Source of the DNA: Fimbriosthenelais zetlandica
Lineage: Eukaryota
Reading direction: 5' to 3'
Assembly (NCBI GenBank): GCA_977030845.1
Contig: OZ365114.1
Location: 22,630,001 to 22,694,000, forward strand
DNA length: 64,000 nucleotides
Shown: positions 1 to 14,700 of the stretch, piece after piece
Layout: each line of letters opens with the position of its first letter
Numbering within the stretch: position 1 is the stretch's first letter
Program-made: the position numbers and the translations under genes
Notes under the pieces: generated by a model
Databases searched by the model: none
What the model saw: the letters and a program-made list of their open reading frames with translations, nothing else
What the model was told of the DNA's origin: nothing

Positions 1-3000
1 AAAGTAAGTGTGCTACGCAAGATGTTGTCAGATATCCTCTTGATTCATGGCCTCCAAATAACCCTCAACCCCGAATTCAACTTCTGACAGTGCTCCAGAT
101 CCCGTCCTTAAGGGATTTTTTTTATGCCTACATACTCCGAACATGCCAGCAAATAGATAAGAAAATGGTGTGATTTTTCACAGAGGAACTCTGTCATCTT
201 GTTCAGAAGTGGCATGCTAGCTAGACGATGTCCTATCTTTATCAAAGTAGCTTTTGGGGAAATCATACAGGGGATTTATGGTCAATACTAGTTAACAACT
301 GCTATTCCCATGGTACAAACAATGTTCGCTGAGGCAGTCAACACCGATAGAGAAAGCAGGGTCGTTATGCATGCCACTTCGTGAAGCAGTAGATGTAGAT
401 TACCCCTGATCATGCTTGGCAGCAGGGGGTAACCTTATCGGAGAATGGCTCTGAGGATTTGGCAAAGTGTCTGCCCCGTCCATCCCCCACCAGAGAAATA
501 CAATTATGGAGGATTATGTTCGTCAGAGTCAGCCCTGCTTGGGCAAGGGGCTCCACAACAAATAAAGACTCAACAAGAGGTAGAATACATGAGGCATGAT
601 CCAGGGGGAGGGGCTGATCCGGACAATGATGTATGAACCTAAAGTCCTACCCTGGCAGGATAAAGCCGGCAGAGATTGTCGTATACAGTTTAAGGTTGCC
701 TAGATTATCACCCTCAACTGCACCTTTTATTTTCACACAGAACAGTAACTCTGATTCAAGTCAAACATGAACCAAAAAGACCAGAGGAAAGCTTGCGTTA
801 CCCGCTGATGAAATTACAGGCTTCTCGGTCTGCACTCTAGACGGCAAGTCAAAGCTGGTTCAGGCACCCATGTCTTATTGCTGCTAGCCTCATTTCTCGA
901 GTACCACTAACATCTGAAGCAGGCATGCAGATGTGGCCCAGGACCTGTGAAACAGTATTCACCTGATTTGTGCAAAAGTGTCGAGACTAGGGCAAATACA
1001 TTGTGCCAATGGGCACCTACGGACATGTATGAGGCCATTTTGATTACATGTTAACTCCCACAAGGGCATTCGCAGCCCTGCAGGCAATCTAACATAGCAG
1101 ACTATGGAGGATGCCAAGTCTGTGCCGGAACGTCACCTTATTTAGAAGAACGTCTGAATAGTGAAGTATATTCCTCTGAAGGAGCAAGGAGAGGAGTTAT
1201 ATTTATTAGATGAAACCAACCCCCAAAAGGGGAGAATATATGGAGAACATGATTATAATATTTATTTTCTATTAGATACCGCCACACTGCGACACGAAAT
1301 TGGGATATTTAATTAAATTTGGAGGGCAGATATGAAATAAATCCAAAGGTTTCTGGTTTTAAATACAGCTCCCTATTTCCCGGTTACTCACTTGAGTATT
1401 GCTACGCCCTCACCCTTGTTGGGGAGAATGAACGGCCGTATTCAAAACCACGGGTATGGTGGCCTATATGGGTATGCATGTAGCCGCTGGTGTTCTAAGT
1501 TCCTGATATTTCAATTATATTCCCCAGGCCACCATATGTAATGAAGGTCTAAAGACCTATGCTACTGATTTTCCACCCATGCAGCAGTCTAAATAAGGCA
1601 AAACTGTTTGGGATGATTGCCATTGGCTGATGGATGCTGGACTGAACACTGATTCAGTGTCAGTTTACAGTAGCTTGTTTACAGAGTCAGGAGACGTGGA
1701 AAGCTGTCTGTCGCGAGCTTGTCGCCTCTCTGACAAGCAACATGCCATGATTCAGGCCTCCTCTGACATCCAGACATTGTGTACACGCTAATTTGTCCCT
1801 ATGTCTCACCCGTGATGGAGCTGATATCTAACGTCCCGGAGATGTATGATTATGAAGACTTTAGTAAAGGGGAATTATACACATATAGATTCCCCATATA
1901 TACAAAGCTTTCAGTGACAGCGCAAAGGAAAACACTTCTAAAGTACATACAAAGTTGTCAGCTTGTTAGGTTAATAATATGACAAGGTCTTTCATTCGGA
2001 GAGGACAATTTTGAAACCATACATCTTATTACTTTCGTACGTCATGATGGCATGAATATTGAGTAGAATTACATCTAAATTCTTGGTTACAGATCTATAG
2101 AAATAAAATGATTGAACAATATTAATGTTCAATATTAATTACAGTGTTTAATTACTACCTCTGAATCATAAGGAATGATTTCATTTGTGAAGAACACGGA
2201 CTGAAATGGCAATCAGCAACCTATTAGTAATCACTAATTGTTTTTGTATTCTTTTAGAGGAAGCAATATTATAGTTCCCAAGTTTTCATAAAACGCCTGA
2301 GGCGAGGTTTGGAAAATGTGATACAAAATGTGTCACCAATCAGAAACGCTTGTGCAGGCGTCATAATGAAGTGTTGCCTTAACCATGAAAAATTGAAAAT
2401 GGTGCCAGTTATTTTGAACTGGAGACAAGCGGATCTGATCACATCCATTATGATCATTATCTTCCATCGTGTTAAATTATGTATGAAATCTCCTCAGTTA
2501 TCACTCACCACTCTTCATTTCAGTTTTTAATGAGTGAAGATAAAGAATTCAAACTTCTCAAAATTAATATTTTCCTATATAAAAAGGGGGTAGGTGGGCG
2601 TCCAAATGGGCATCTATGTCAAATGATTGATCTAAATTTGTTACGAATATTTCTGTTGAATCTTAGTAATTTTTAATTTGTAATATTCATGTTTACCAGG
2701 TCTCTAGAGAACTTTCGTGCTATTTTCCTCATACCAGGCTTGCAGAATTACTCTTTTATCTCTCTACGTCTCCATCAATATCTGACTGATTGAGGAACTC
2801 ATTTTGTCAATAGTAATCAATCTCTTGAAATATTTGCTCTAAACGCACATTGAAAATCCGGGTCTACTGATCCGATTCCATTCTTCACCATATGTTTCTT
2901 AGGTGGGATTGAAATGGGCAATCAGTCTTGAATGCCCAATATTTACATCTCTTCAATAAAGCTCCGAAATCAACTTTTGACATTGTCATAGAACTGAGGC

Positions 3001-5568
3001 CCTACTTTTCTTTTTAATCTATCTAAGATGCATTCCTTCCTTTTGTGCTCCACTTTTGCCAACCTACCAAACATACTACCCCTCCTCTGTACACATCGGT
3101 CCATCAATATTTGTGCCATCCATACTAATACATTCCGCAACTATTGAATTTTGCATGGCTTGTCACTTTCCAAACACACCTGTCTCCATCATGCAACTTA
3201 ATTTTGACATTGCATATTTTCCTTGCAGCAAATCACTACCGCTTAATCAAATCCTACCCCTTGCATAATACTTCTTGCAATTCAGGAAGAGGAAAGGATT
3301 GGAAACTGTTCATTTCTAATTAATCCAATAGACCCCTGTCCTTCGTCCACGAGCCTTTCATATCGGCCATATCGATTTTTCAAACAATTAGAAAGCCCGC
3401 AGGGTGGGACAGATAGCTAGTTCTTGTCTCCCCAGTCTTATTCATCATATAAGGGACTGGCTCTACGCTTCCTTTCATTGAGTTATATTTAATTTCAATC
3501 CACATGACAGTTCCAAGACCCAAGTAATCCATCAGAATATTGGACAGGAGCCTATAGCAATATCTGTAGTGGGGGATATGGTAACTAAATGTACAAGTAA
3601 AGACCCCTTATCAGGGAACTGTTATTATCTCTGTTTGAGGATATGAGCCTTCTGCAGCTCATGTGGTGCGGGAAGACTTAATCACCTTCAATCAAACAAA
3701 TGTAGACGCAGCCAAATCCCCTGATAAAAACACATTATGACATTTTCCTATCATAACTATACTTTCCATTATTAGCTGGTTTTAGATGTTTGCTAATAAT
3801 CTGCGCGGGTGAAACGTCTGTCTTGTATTACTAGCAGTTCTAGTTCCTGTACCCATGGACTCCCATGATTAGAAGCTATTCCATTAGGATTGTTGTGATG
3901 GGATGATGCGAAAAAGAGGAGGGATTCCCTAATTAGACTATATAAGGTATAGGACGTTTCAAATTGGATAAGGACGGAAGTCAAAGCATGAGTTCTAACG
4001 GATGGGGAGGTTTAACATGACCCATTATCATCACGCAGGAGCAATCAAAGACATGGCCATTACACCTCCAGGCTGGTCAGGAAATGAGACCTCCATCCAA
4101 AGGCTACCAGGTCTAGCTCAAGGGGGGCCCGATGGCAGAAAACGAGACAAAAAAATAGAGGCATTTTGCATAACAAACAAAATGACGATTTCTTTTAGAA
4201 ATTTTATTTCGTTTAAATCAACATAATATATATATATAGTGGATATTATACAGAAAAACCGTATGCCTTCCACGACTTGATTTCAATTACAGACCCAGAT
4301 GCTGTGGTCCTTGCGACTGGGACCCACATTTTATTTCTGAGGCCCCAAAGGCAGGATAGGTAGGGCGAAAGGAAAGCATGATGAATCAGGATAATTAGAT
4401 AGGCAGGGAAAAGGTCAGGCTGGCTTAGAGCTGAGGAGGTGAGGAGGTAACGGTCAAGCTGGTATATAGATGAAGTCCCGGTGTACGAGGAGAATTGGGA
4501 GCAGCAGAAGGGGATGAATAGGGGGATCAGGCCAGAAGAAAGAAGCAAGAAGAAATGAATGTTAGGGCTTGGTAGCTAGAACTTCTACAAGAAGTCATCT
4601 TGTCTGATTAGATCTTAAATCAGACCGACTGACAGCCATCGGAAAGGCTGGTCTACTGTACACATTATACCCCTTGTAGACATTTGCAATTCAGTATAGA
4701 ATATTCTCCTATTCATAAATAAAAAATGGTAAATTCATACTTTAATAAAAGTAGCATGCATAAAGGCTGCTCTAGCAAATGGAAATACCTAGTAAATACC
4801 ACTGTTAATAGTATGTATTCCTAGGTATTAGGACGTTAGTATGATTTTACAGAACCGTTGACTTTGCCAAATATAAAAATGTGTCAAAAAGAAAACCTGC
4901 AAGTAACCATAGTTGAAACTAAACAGTGAGGTTTGTTGTTTACAGGATATTGGTTTTGCCTTTGACAGCATGGACATAAAGGCAGTTGAGTTGAATTTCA
5001 CCCACTTGGGGCGAAACAATTGTTGCCCGGGCAAAGGCGAAGGCCAAGGCAACAAAGCATTCCAGTAACTGCTGTAAGGCTAATCACAATATCTTAAAGG
5101 AGCCTCACAGCGAATTGTCAGGTCACATCCACCTCACATACTGAATGGTGGTATGTCAACTTCTTAGGTTTTGAAAGTATTTTTTTGTAGAAGACGTACA
5201 TGGTAATATAAAAACGTGACGAGCTGACATGACTCTGAAGCTGTGGAATATCTACGTCGGAAATGACAAGAGATAATGGCTTCAGGGGTTGGGTTGCATG
5301 CAATGATTGCACCTAACAATTAGTTGGCCCGATCTAAGAATGTTCCAACATTCAAAGTCAATGGGATTTAAGACTGAGACATGGGGCTGAAAGGCAGCCT
5401 CGGGCAAGCCAATGGTAGACGTGTAAGACAGGAAGGAACTATTTGTGAAATAGGAGCATGATGACATGAAGCGTATAGAACTGACTCGTTGAAAAAGTAA
5501 AGTAATTATATCCCTTATTTTAGGAAAAATCTAACTATGAATATTTTTCCCTATCTATTATCTATTGC

Positions 5569-5599
<31 letters not shown>

Positions 5600-5630
5600 A
5601 AGAGATGGAGAGAGGGGGAAGGGAGAGAGA
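5569..5630. repeat. (GA)n microsatellite
   Basis: Direct reading. Confidence 0.9.
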
Positions 5631-8600
5631 ATATCGGCCACAGCATGGGTTCGTTCAATACATGTTTGTAACCGTATCTGATCTTTTATGACAACCCAAT
5701 ATTAAATCAGGAGCTACGCCAAAGAGCAGCCTTACAATGGGCATGCAATCCCACTCAGCAGCTCTGTTCATTGGATGTGAGTACTATTCGTTAAATATAG
5801 TCCATTAAACTCTTTTAAAATAGTCGGAGGCAAATAGTATGCTTTATTCTACATTTTAGATAACCTTCAAAATGTTTCCAGGTGCAAAGATTGTGAAAAA
5901 TGACTGATGAATGTTATAATAGTACTGAAATAATCATAACTTACTCTGTCCTCTTGAATCCCTGGTATTCTTTAGAAGCCAGCACAGCCGTCAAAAAGGA
6001 GTAGCCTCTCATATATGATGAGGAAGAGTTTGGACAATTTTTGACCAGAGTGTTGGTCAGTCAGGAGCTCTTGTGAATGTTCATTTCACCAGCCAGTCCT
6101 ATTTGGCATTTCTTTGCTCAGCATTCACCAGTGGAGGTGGGAATTGAGACGGGGGAAGGATCCATAGATCATAACTATAGCATTTACTGCCTGCTGTAGC
6201 ATCCCAGTGATGATATGCAGGTCCCTTATTGCCTCATGGTGAGGGGCGTGGAGTGACTGCAACCAAGAGGTGCTCTATGTGCTGGAAACTTTATTACTCC
6301 GATGGCTTTGCTCCTTCCCACTGGCGGAGTGAGCCCTGCTGCAAACTTCAATCGATATGATGATGTAAAAGAAAGAATCTTCAAACAGATTTAATATCAG
6401 TTGTTCAAAGATGGTTGCGGTCTGATAGGTGTAAGCCTATAGCAGTCTGAGGGACACTTGATGTTTCTGAACCACGTATTGTCTTTCCAATGTGCAACAT
6501 GAAGGTGATGTGGTCTTCACCATCATCAGTTGAGTCCATGTGATATGGTAGTTGTACTAATCGATCAATGCTTGTATTTCTTGTATATATCTAAGAGTAA
6601 AGACACTTTTGAGGGGATTTATCTGCCAGTAATGAGCCTCGGGATTGGAGGAGCTCAGCCAGCATCCAACCGTCCCCGCCAATCACCCCGCCTCTCCCAC
6701 GCCCGCCTCTCCCTCTTTTCAATGCTGGATCCGGATAGGTCCCTGATGTCCTTGCCTTGTGATTGGCTAGTTCAGCATTGCAGCTTGTCGTCTGCCTGCA
6801 AAGTACAAGAAGACTGGGAATTATTGATGATATGACACAGCATTTGCTTCATGAGGCAATCAACAAGCATTTGCCAAATCTGAACTGCCATGTGTACGTA
6901 AAAGATTCACACTCCCTTCCATTCGTCCCTCCCTCCCTCCCTCCCTTCCTCCCTTCATTCCACCTGCCTACCTCCCACAGATGATTCCGTTTATATTTTC
7001 CACTTGCCAAAGTAATTGAATGATTGAAAAGAACAATTGGATTATGTGAATTGGCAATGAAGTCATGGATATATATGTTTATTGTCTATTCATCTGATTA
7101 AAATGATCTTAAATGTGCGTAAATGACTATAGATTCCATCCACTCTTCTTCCCTCCCAAACACCCTCCCACCTACAGACCCAACCTCCCTTCTGCCCAGT
7201 CATCTTTAAACCCACCCTCCAACCCATCCATCCTACCACCACCCACCCACACCCACACACACATACACCTTTCTCACAGTTCTATGGTCCAAACCAATTT
7301 TGGCAATTTCGCCATAATACATACAACCACCATATCCTCACCCCACCCACCCTGCTCCCATCAAATGAAAAGGGAAGGGGAAAATGATTGGCAATGAATA
7401 GTGGGAAATGATTGGCAATATCATTTCCAAATTTGACAGAAATTTCATGATGTCATCACTATGTAAAAGCGACCCTGGCATCCAGTCGCCACCTCCCTCC
7501 CCTTCCCCACCCACCCATTCTGCCTCCCACTCCTGCACAAAGATTTATTTTCTTTCCCAATTACCAATTACAATACAAAATTAACGAAAACAAAGCTAAT
7601 TTAATTAGGCGAATGAACAATAAACCCATCGTCTTTAATTCTCTCTTCAATACCTCCCCATTTATGACCGTTCTCTTCCTAAAGAGCCCTTTGATTGAAA
7701 TTATCTCCTTCAATATCCTATCCTTCTAGAATTTCTTGCAATATAGCAAGGCCTTAGCAAATCCCTTGCCCCTTGCAGGTCCTACTTCCTCATGAAGGGC
7801 AGAAGGAGGTGGGTTCCTTGCATGTGTGTACCTTCATAGATAGCCTAAGATCCTTGGCCTTTGTCCTTTTATCAGTTTGCAGGGCATTTATTACTTTGCG
7901 GAGGGAAAGTAGCAGGTGTCATGGCGCACAAAATAACACATTACTTCACACTTCATTTGAATTCACCCACGCACAGAGAATAAACAGTTTGATTCAGATC
8001 CCTGGTGCATTTAATACAGACTGACCATACAGACCTGTGTATGGTAACCTGCTCATAAAACAGTTATGTATTGTCATATTTTATATATTGTATTGTTTCC
8101 TTTGTGAGACCTTCCCAAGATCCGTTTCAGACACAATTTATTTATTTTACATGCCCCCTTGAAACAGGCCACAGGTCATTCTCTTCCAGAGCCATTCAAC
8201 CATTCAGTCTATTCTTGTACCTAGTCCTTGACAATGGTTTATCGTACTGAGTTCTTCCTTCCCTCTCTGTTAAACAATGTAACTATATCTTGGTGGGTAA
8301 TTTCCCCAAAACTGATCGCCCATATCCTGCGTTCATCAACACATATATCAAGAATTAATTGAATGCTCGAAGCCTTCTTTAATGAGATGGGTGATCAAGG
8401 AAAGAACAATCCCTCTATTCTAATTTGGATTAATGAGCAGCATACAAAAATCATGTCGTGAAAAGGGAAGCCCATCCATTCAAGTCATGTTATGACGGTT
8501 CCATGGTTACCAAATATTTAAACAATCATAAAATTGGGCACACATTTCATAGGCCATATCCTTTTTGCAATTTGTATACGGGCAATAAACTTAGCTTTCA

Positions 8601-11369
8601 CACAATTGTTACATTGGGACCGAAACAAGTCGAAGCTCCCACTGGTGACTATAAATGATAAAGTACCAACTCTTTTTTTCTCCTTTCGTTTTTAAATCTA
8701 ACTATAATGAACAAACCATTCTTCCCGCGAGCGAAACCTCGTTTGTCTTGCTATACATAATTTTCCATTTCATCTTTTGTTTCATCTGTTGCTTTTGTGG
8801 CAGAAAAGAAGCAGGCATGCATTACCGGTAGACATCAAAATAATGAAAGCAACCCGCGGAGACAGTTAGCCCAACGTCTTTAGTTAAAGTACCGACAGTA
8901 GACATACTTTTAAGTTTAGCCTGGTACATGATATTACTGTTAAAGCTTGAAGTTGGATGGTGGTAGGGGCACTTTGGTCCACTATGGAGGATGGCTCATG
9001 GGGCCTCAGCTGTCTCCATGTGATACCTCTGTTATCTGAGAGACATGAGGGTCTTCTAAAGCTACTTCAATTTGTCGCTCAGATAAGTGCCATATGCTAC
9101 AAGGTCCCCGGTGGTCTAGTTGCTGGGCTAGTGTAGAAAGCGAGAGTGAAGTGGGCGTGTGAAATTGAAGAAGTGTTTGAAGCGAGGCATACGATGTATG
9201 CTGTTTGCTTACTTCGGCCATGCTGTGGGTTGGTCTCTTAGGCATTTTGTACAATGGCAGAAAACGGTGGTTGTAGGTGTTTGTCCTGGGCTGAATAGCA
9301 CTATAGGCAATGACAAGAGGAAAGCCCTTCTACGAGTTTAGATTTTCATTTTGGAATACCCTATCAGGTAAATTGCAAAGACATCATATTAAGTATCAGG
9401 CAGAAAGGGAAACCGTCTCAAACCGTAACCAAACTGTCTCTTTCAAGGCTGGCTTTAATATTGTAGCTAATTTAATCTGATCAATTGGGAACCATGTTAA
9501 TCATACCAAAGTAATTCCTCTCAACAGCCTTGACTCAATTGGTGGGATATTTTTTATCTATTATTAAGAATGACAATTCATGGGGGATTAACATCCGGTA
9601 ATGAATTACACCAAACTTTTCGTCATACTTTTTTTCAAAATTCTGCAGATGGTATCTTTAAATCATGAAGACATAACAATTTTTGTAAGAACACACTTTC
9701 GCACTTGGATATTGCACCGTCTTGTCATTACACGCAGCTTCAGTTATGTTTGGAATTTAAAAGCAACCATCCATTACACATAGACAGTGAGGGATGGTGG
9801 TGGGGGAGGGATAGCAAATCAGCAGATAGAGGTGAGAAAGGGAAGGTATAAGGAAGAAGAGTAGGAAGAGAAAAGAGATTGGAGAAGATGGAGATCGAGA
9901 AATCAGGATGGATGGTAAGACACGGTTCCCCTCTTATCACAGTTCCTACTGCTGATGTATTGGTAGGGAGGTGGGTTGTGACATTTTCCTCTACAGTTGA
10001 TTATGTGACCCTCTACCCTTGCATTGTCACTTTTAAGCCAACTTGCAGGGGTGACTCCAGCTAGACCTTACATCATTTTGTAGTCGATTAGAAACAGAAC
10101 GGACATTTGAAAAGGCTAGTCCTTTCAACCGAAAGCTATTTTAATACAACCTGATGAAGATTAAACGTCTCCAAATGGCATGCATAATGAAGGTGAACTC
10201 TATCTAAACATTGGTGGAAATGTTTTATTATTTGTAATTTATAGGTCACTTCTTTATTCATATAATAATAGAAAGTAATTTTGTACGATGACTTTCTTCA
10301 AAATTGGTGAAACAGCAGATTAAATTTTCCACTTTTACTTAGATTAAATGGATGAAGTAAAAAAAATGGAAAGTAGATGTACTTACCCGCAGTGGGAGAT
10401 CCTCCTATGCTAATACCAGCTCATCCATTCACGCATTACCCAAGTCAGCTCCTCTTGAGCTCTGTCTTCTCCCAGCTCCTCCCATCTCTCTCTAGGAAAA
10501 CTCCTCCTGGTCTGGGAAGAGATCTTCTCTCAGTCCACCACCACCTTTATCACCTCCTCCTACTCCTTCTCCTTCACAGTCAGTTCCATCCAGGTGCAAG
10601 CAGCAACGCCCCCTGTCTCTGACTCACTGAGTCGCTCTTGCACCTGCTGTCGAGCAGCTTCAGCACACGAGAGAGACTACACCACCACACTGATAGCAAT
10701 TCCCCCTAGTGATGAATTGCTCATTCATAACACCCTTTGTGTTGGTCTGCCCAACGGCGCAACACTCTACATGAATATATATATGGTGACAGCCCTTCAC
10801 GAGGCCACTTCCAAATTGAACATACTCTAAGTTTTGGCACCTACCATTGTGTTGACCTCCAGATTTTGGCAAAAATGTCAATGGAAAATTTGATTTGCTA
10901 TGGTGAATAGCGCACCTGATTATCAGTACTCCAAGCAGGTCAAATATTTCATTGTTTCTGTTTTATGTGAAACAGTATATACAAATATGTTGTAAATGGA
11001 AAACAACCATGTTTTGTGTACCTCGCTAAATTTAGGACAAAGGGAGTGAAACGGAACCAAACAGAGTAACATTACTAAGAACTCAATTTCCTCTATACGG
11101 GCCGGAGTTTTTAGAATGTACAATTACAGGGCTTTCCACCCATTTTGGGAGCTTATTAATTACGCGGTACATTCACCATCAAATTATTGTAAACACTATT
11201 TGCCATGGTACAAAAGAAGAGAAGGTCAGCTTTCTAGTAATGTATACTTTGTATGGGTTATATACAACTGTTGGTGTACTTGACAATATAACTCTCAATA
11301 TGTACACATTTTCTGGTGAGAAATAGGTAGTTTACCGAATTTCAAGTGTAATCATTTTAAGAATGTGTA

Positions 11370-11772
11370 CCGTACTTGCCGGTGTATAACGCGCTCCGGA
11401 CTATAACGCGCACCCCCCTACCTCTCAAGTAAAATCCATATATAGTGCGCACCGGTGTATAACGCGCAATTTGTATACCCGTTTCTCCCACCCCAGACAG
11501 CGTCCTCCCAGACACAATAGCCATCTCAAGGCAACATAGCTTTTCTGTATGGACTAATTAGCCGACCACTAATCCGTGGACATAGTCGGCTGCCTCCCAC
11601 CATGCGTCCCTTTGAAGTCTGACAAGCATGGTCCCGCCGAACTTAGACCGAATTTGGCAGTCACCATGTGAGAAAAATCCATATATAATGCGCTCCGGTG
11701 TATAACGCGCAGGCCCCGATTTTGGCCAATTACCAGGTCAAAAAGTTGCGCGTTATACACCGGCAAGTACGG
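11370..11772. mobile_element. Tc1/mariner-pogo-type MITE (~400 bp)
   Basis: Perfect 25-bp TIRs CCGTACTTGCCGGTGTATAACGCGC, TA on both sides, internal copies of CCGGTGTATAACGCGC, and no ORF. Confidence 0.85.
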
Positions 11773-14700
11773 TATATTAAAACACAATAAATGCTGTAAA
11801 TATGTAGCACATAATGATGTTCCTCTACACATACAATATAGGCGAGCTATGATGTGTCCTGGTCAATTTACCCTTCATGTCACATCTATACACCAGTATA
11901 CATGTAACTGATATGAAGTTTAATCCAATATTCAGGTTCAAAACTAATATACATGCACGTAATTACTAATATTGAGGAAGTGCAGGTCAAGAAAGGTCAG
12001 ATACGGTCGTATTAATGTGGGAACCTCGCTATTTTCCTATGTTGTTCGTAATTACTAATATTATGTCGACTATAAAGAAGTATGTAGGAGAGCGCGAGCA
12101 TAAATACTATGATATGAGGATGGATGGGGCATGCAGCTTATAGTATTATCATGTTTCTGCATCACTTCATTTTGCGTTAACAGGATGTTGAAAGGCCGCT
12201 GGCATGGTACTCAATATCGCTAGATCCTTCACACTTCCGGTCAACTGGAGGTTCAACTATGGACCTCCAGTTTGTCATTGGGTCAAGAGCTGACCTACTG
12301 CCGAAGGTGATTTCATGGAAGTGAGTGGCTGATTGCCTGCAAGCAGCTATTGGATGGCTCTAGACTTTATCACTGTTTCAGTGTAGAGTGGAGGCTAGCT
12401 GACATGAAGCTATAAATTTAGGATAACAGGGTCGATGGTAGCGCGAGGGTAGATTAATAGGGCAATAGATAGAGATAGGACTAAATCAAACCGAAGGATT
12501 ACTTGATTTCCGACACCACACTGCCACTCTCTGACATTATAGGAACTACATCAGAATACCCATCTACATGTATATAGCTCTTGGCCACCAAAGAGAGTTT
12601 CAAGTGATTACTTGTGGACGAACTGGCTCGAATGATCAAAGTAGGTTGTTGTTTCAGCCAGTGCAATTACTCTGCTAGGGATTTATATATAAAACACGAG
12701 GTTTGTTAAGTGATGAGGTTCGTATGCAGGGGCAAGTAAAGTGAGAGGTCTGTAGGCAAATCAGAAGGATGCGCCTTCTTTGTAGAATGCAAGGACTCTG
12801 AAAGCTATTGGGTGTCTCCATTTTAAATGGATGAGGGACAGGTTCATTGCCCTAGGTGAGTTTTGGGAACTGAGGAAGATGAGAGGATACATAGAGTCCG
12901 TTTGTGGAAGAAATTGCACATTATCCCATGAAAGTGGAAAGGTTCCTTATATAAGTAACAGTCCTTATATCGTCATCCTAAGAATCCTGCATTGCCATTC
13001 ATCTGAAAACATGTATATTTTATGCATATCGAATTATTTTATTGATAGATCAAAAGGACACTACAATGACAGGTCCCCCCCCCCACCCTGGATTTTATGC
13101 ATACAAGAATATGAAGATAAATTAGCCTGGTTAGTCGAGTGACAATGTAAAGCATTCCCTGCAGCAATTTCAAAACTGTAATCATCCATTACCGATTCAT
13201 TTTCCCTGCAAAGTCTTGTCAGAATCTCTTTCAACACAGGCAAGAATATCTTCATCAATTTCCAGGGATTTAATTATACTTTAATCCATCACCAGAGTGT
13301 GAAGAAAAACGACTCTAGAAAGCTATGGTTGGAGGAGGTAGGAGAGTTAGAAAAGGAGACTTGAGCTGGGGGAGTGGAGGCAGAGAATAAGTAGGGAGAC
13401 TGAGCATTCTGTTGAGGAGAGGATGAAAGGAATGGTTTCTTCGAGGAAGAGGAAGAAATAGTGAAGAAGAGAGGGGCTGGAGAAGAAATAGACCAAGAAC
13501 AGCTGCCAAAGGATACTTCTTCAAAAATGTCTGTTACGGATGTTTCACTGAAGAAAATGCATAGCATTGGATCCTCATGAACAGAGAATGCGATACTGCG
13601 AGATTGATGGGGAAGAAGGATATGGAAAGAGGAGAAGAAAGATATCGCAAGTGGAGGAACGAAAGTTTGAGGCAATTCAGAGCTCTCGCCGATCCATCCA
13701 GTCAATATGGCAACTGTGTAACTTTGCCTGTTTTGGCCATTCTTCTATATATGAATTGATTCTGGATACAAAGAGATTAAGCTCCTGATATTTCATCTAG
13801 ATAATGGATAAGATGTGGGGATTGTTCACATCCATTTCTCAATGTTAGCATGTTTATCTCCATACGCCTTTGATTTCAGTTGAAGTCATTTCGACTCAAT
13901 TCGATATCCACTTTTCACTTTAAGAATCGTTAGGGCTGAGTTTCATAGGCCATAATCATTACGAAAGTGGATGATGGGCATGATGACAGAGATAATTCCA
14001 ACCGTGCAGCAGAAATGATTAATTTCAAGCAGCAAATTTTGACGTTTAATTTGAAGTCCTCCTGTGTTGGAACATGGTATAAGTAGGGAATCACCTAAAG
14101 TCTGGCTTCTGAGTACCATATACCACACAATGAAAGTACATGGCATAACCTTGAATATCAGTTTATGACATGTACATATGGCAATTTTGTTACTTATACA
14201 TTGCCGTTATTATATAAGGAGGGTGGCTAATGTCATGTTTCTAATGGGGGTAGATTACAAAACTTATAGTTATACATCAGTGAATATATAGTTCACGTCC
14301 ATCATCTGAGATATAATTCACGTCCATGAACTGGGATATTGGTGATTGAGGAAGCCAAAGTAGTACATAGATCTCTGGTGTAAGAGTACATGTGGATGGA
14401 TACCTTAAAAGTGGGTCAAATAATCGGATACATGGTGCTCAAATGTGTAAAAATGGCAGGTTCTTGAAAGTACTGTACTTAGAAGCAAGCTTGAAGACGC
14501 ATGTATAGATGAAGATAAATTCTTGAGTAAGAACTGTCATCAAGAAAAAAGTGGAGGTCCACTATTCTAGTTCTAACATCACTCCATCTGTTTGAGCAAC
14601 GAGTATAGAAAGTATACTCGTTGGTTTGAGCAAGATTCCGGTAGTCCTCCTTTCTCACCCTGGCCTTTTTCCATATTCCCTTCTAATTTCTACCAGATGG

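Noticed and set aside
2200-4000. Minus-strand tract with protein-like stretches (possible decayed retroelement or endogenous virus)
   Set aside because: Many stops and no motif I can name; needs a translated search.
5118-5467. Weak integrase-like wording (CNHCMQPNP; QPLKPLSLVISDVDIP) across two minus-strand frames
   Set aside because: No DDE core or neighbouring domains; could be chance.
13289-13788. Overlapping ORFs in a purine-rich tract
   Set aside because: Compositional bias explains the open frames; no homology recognised.
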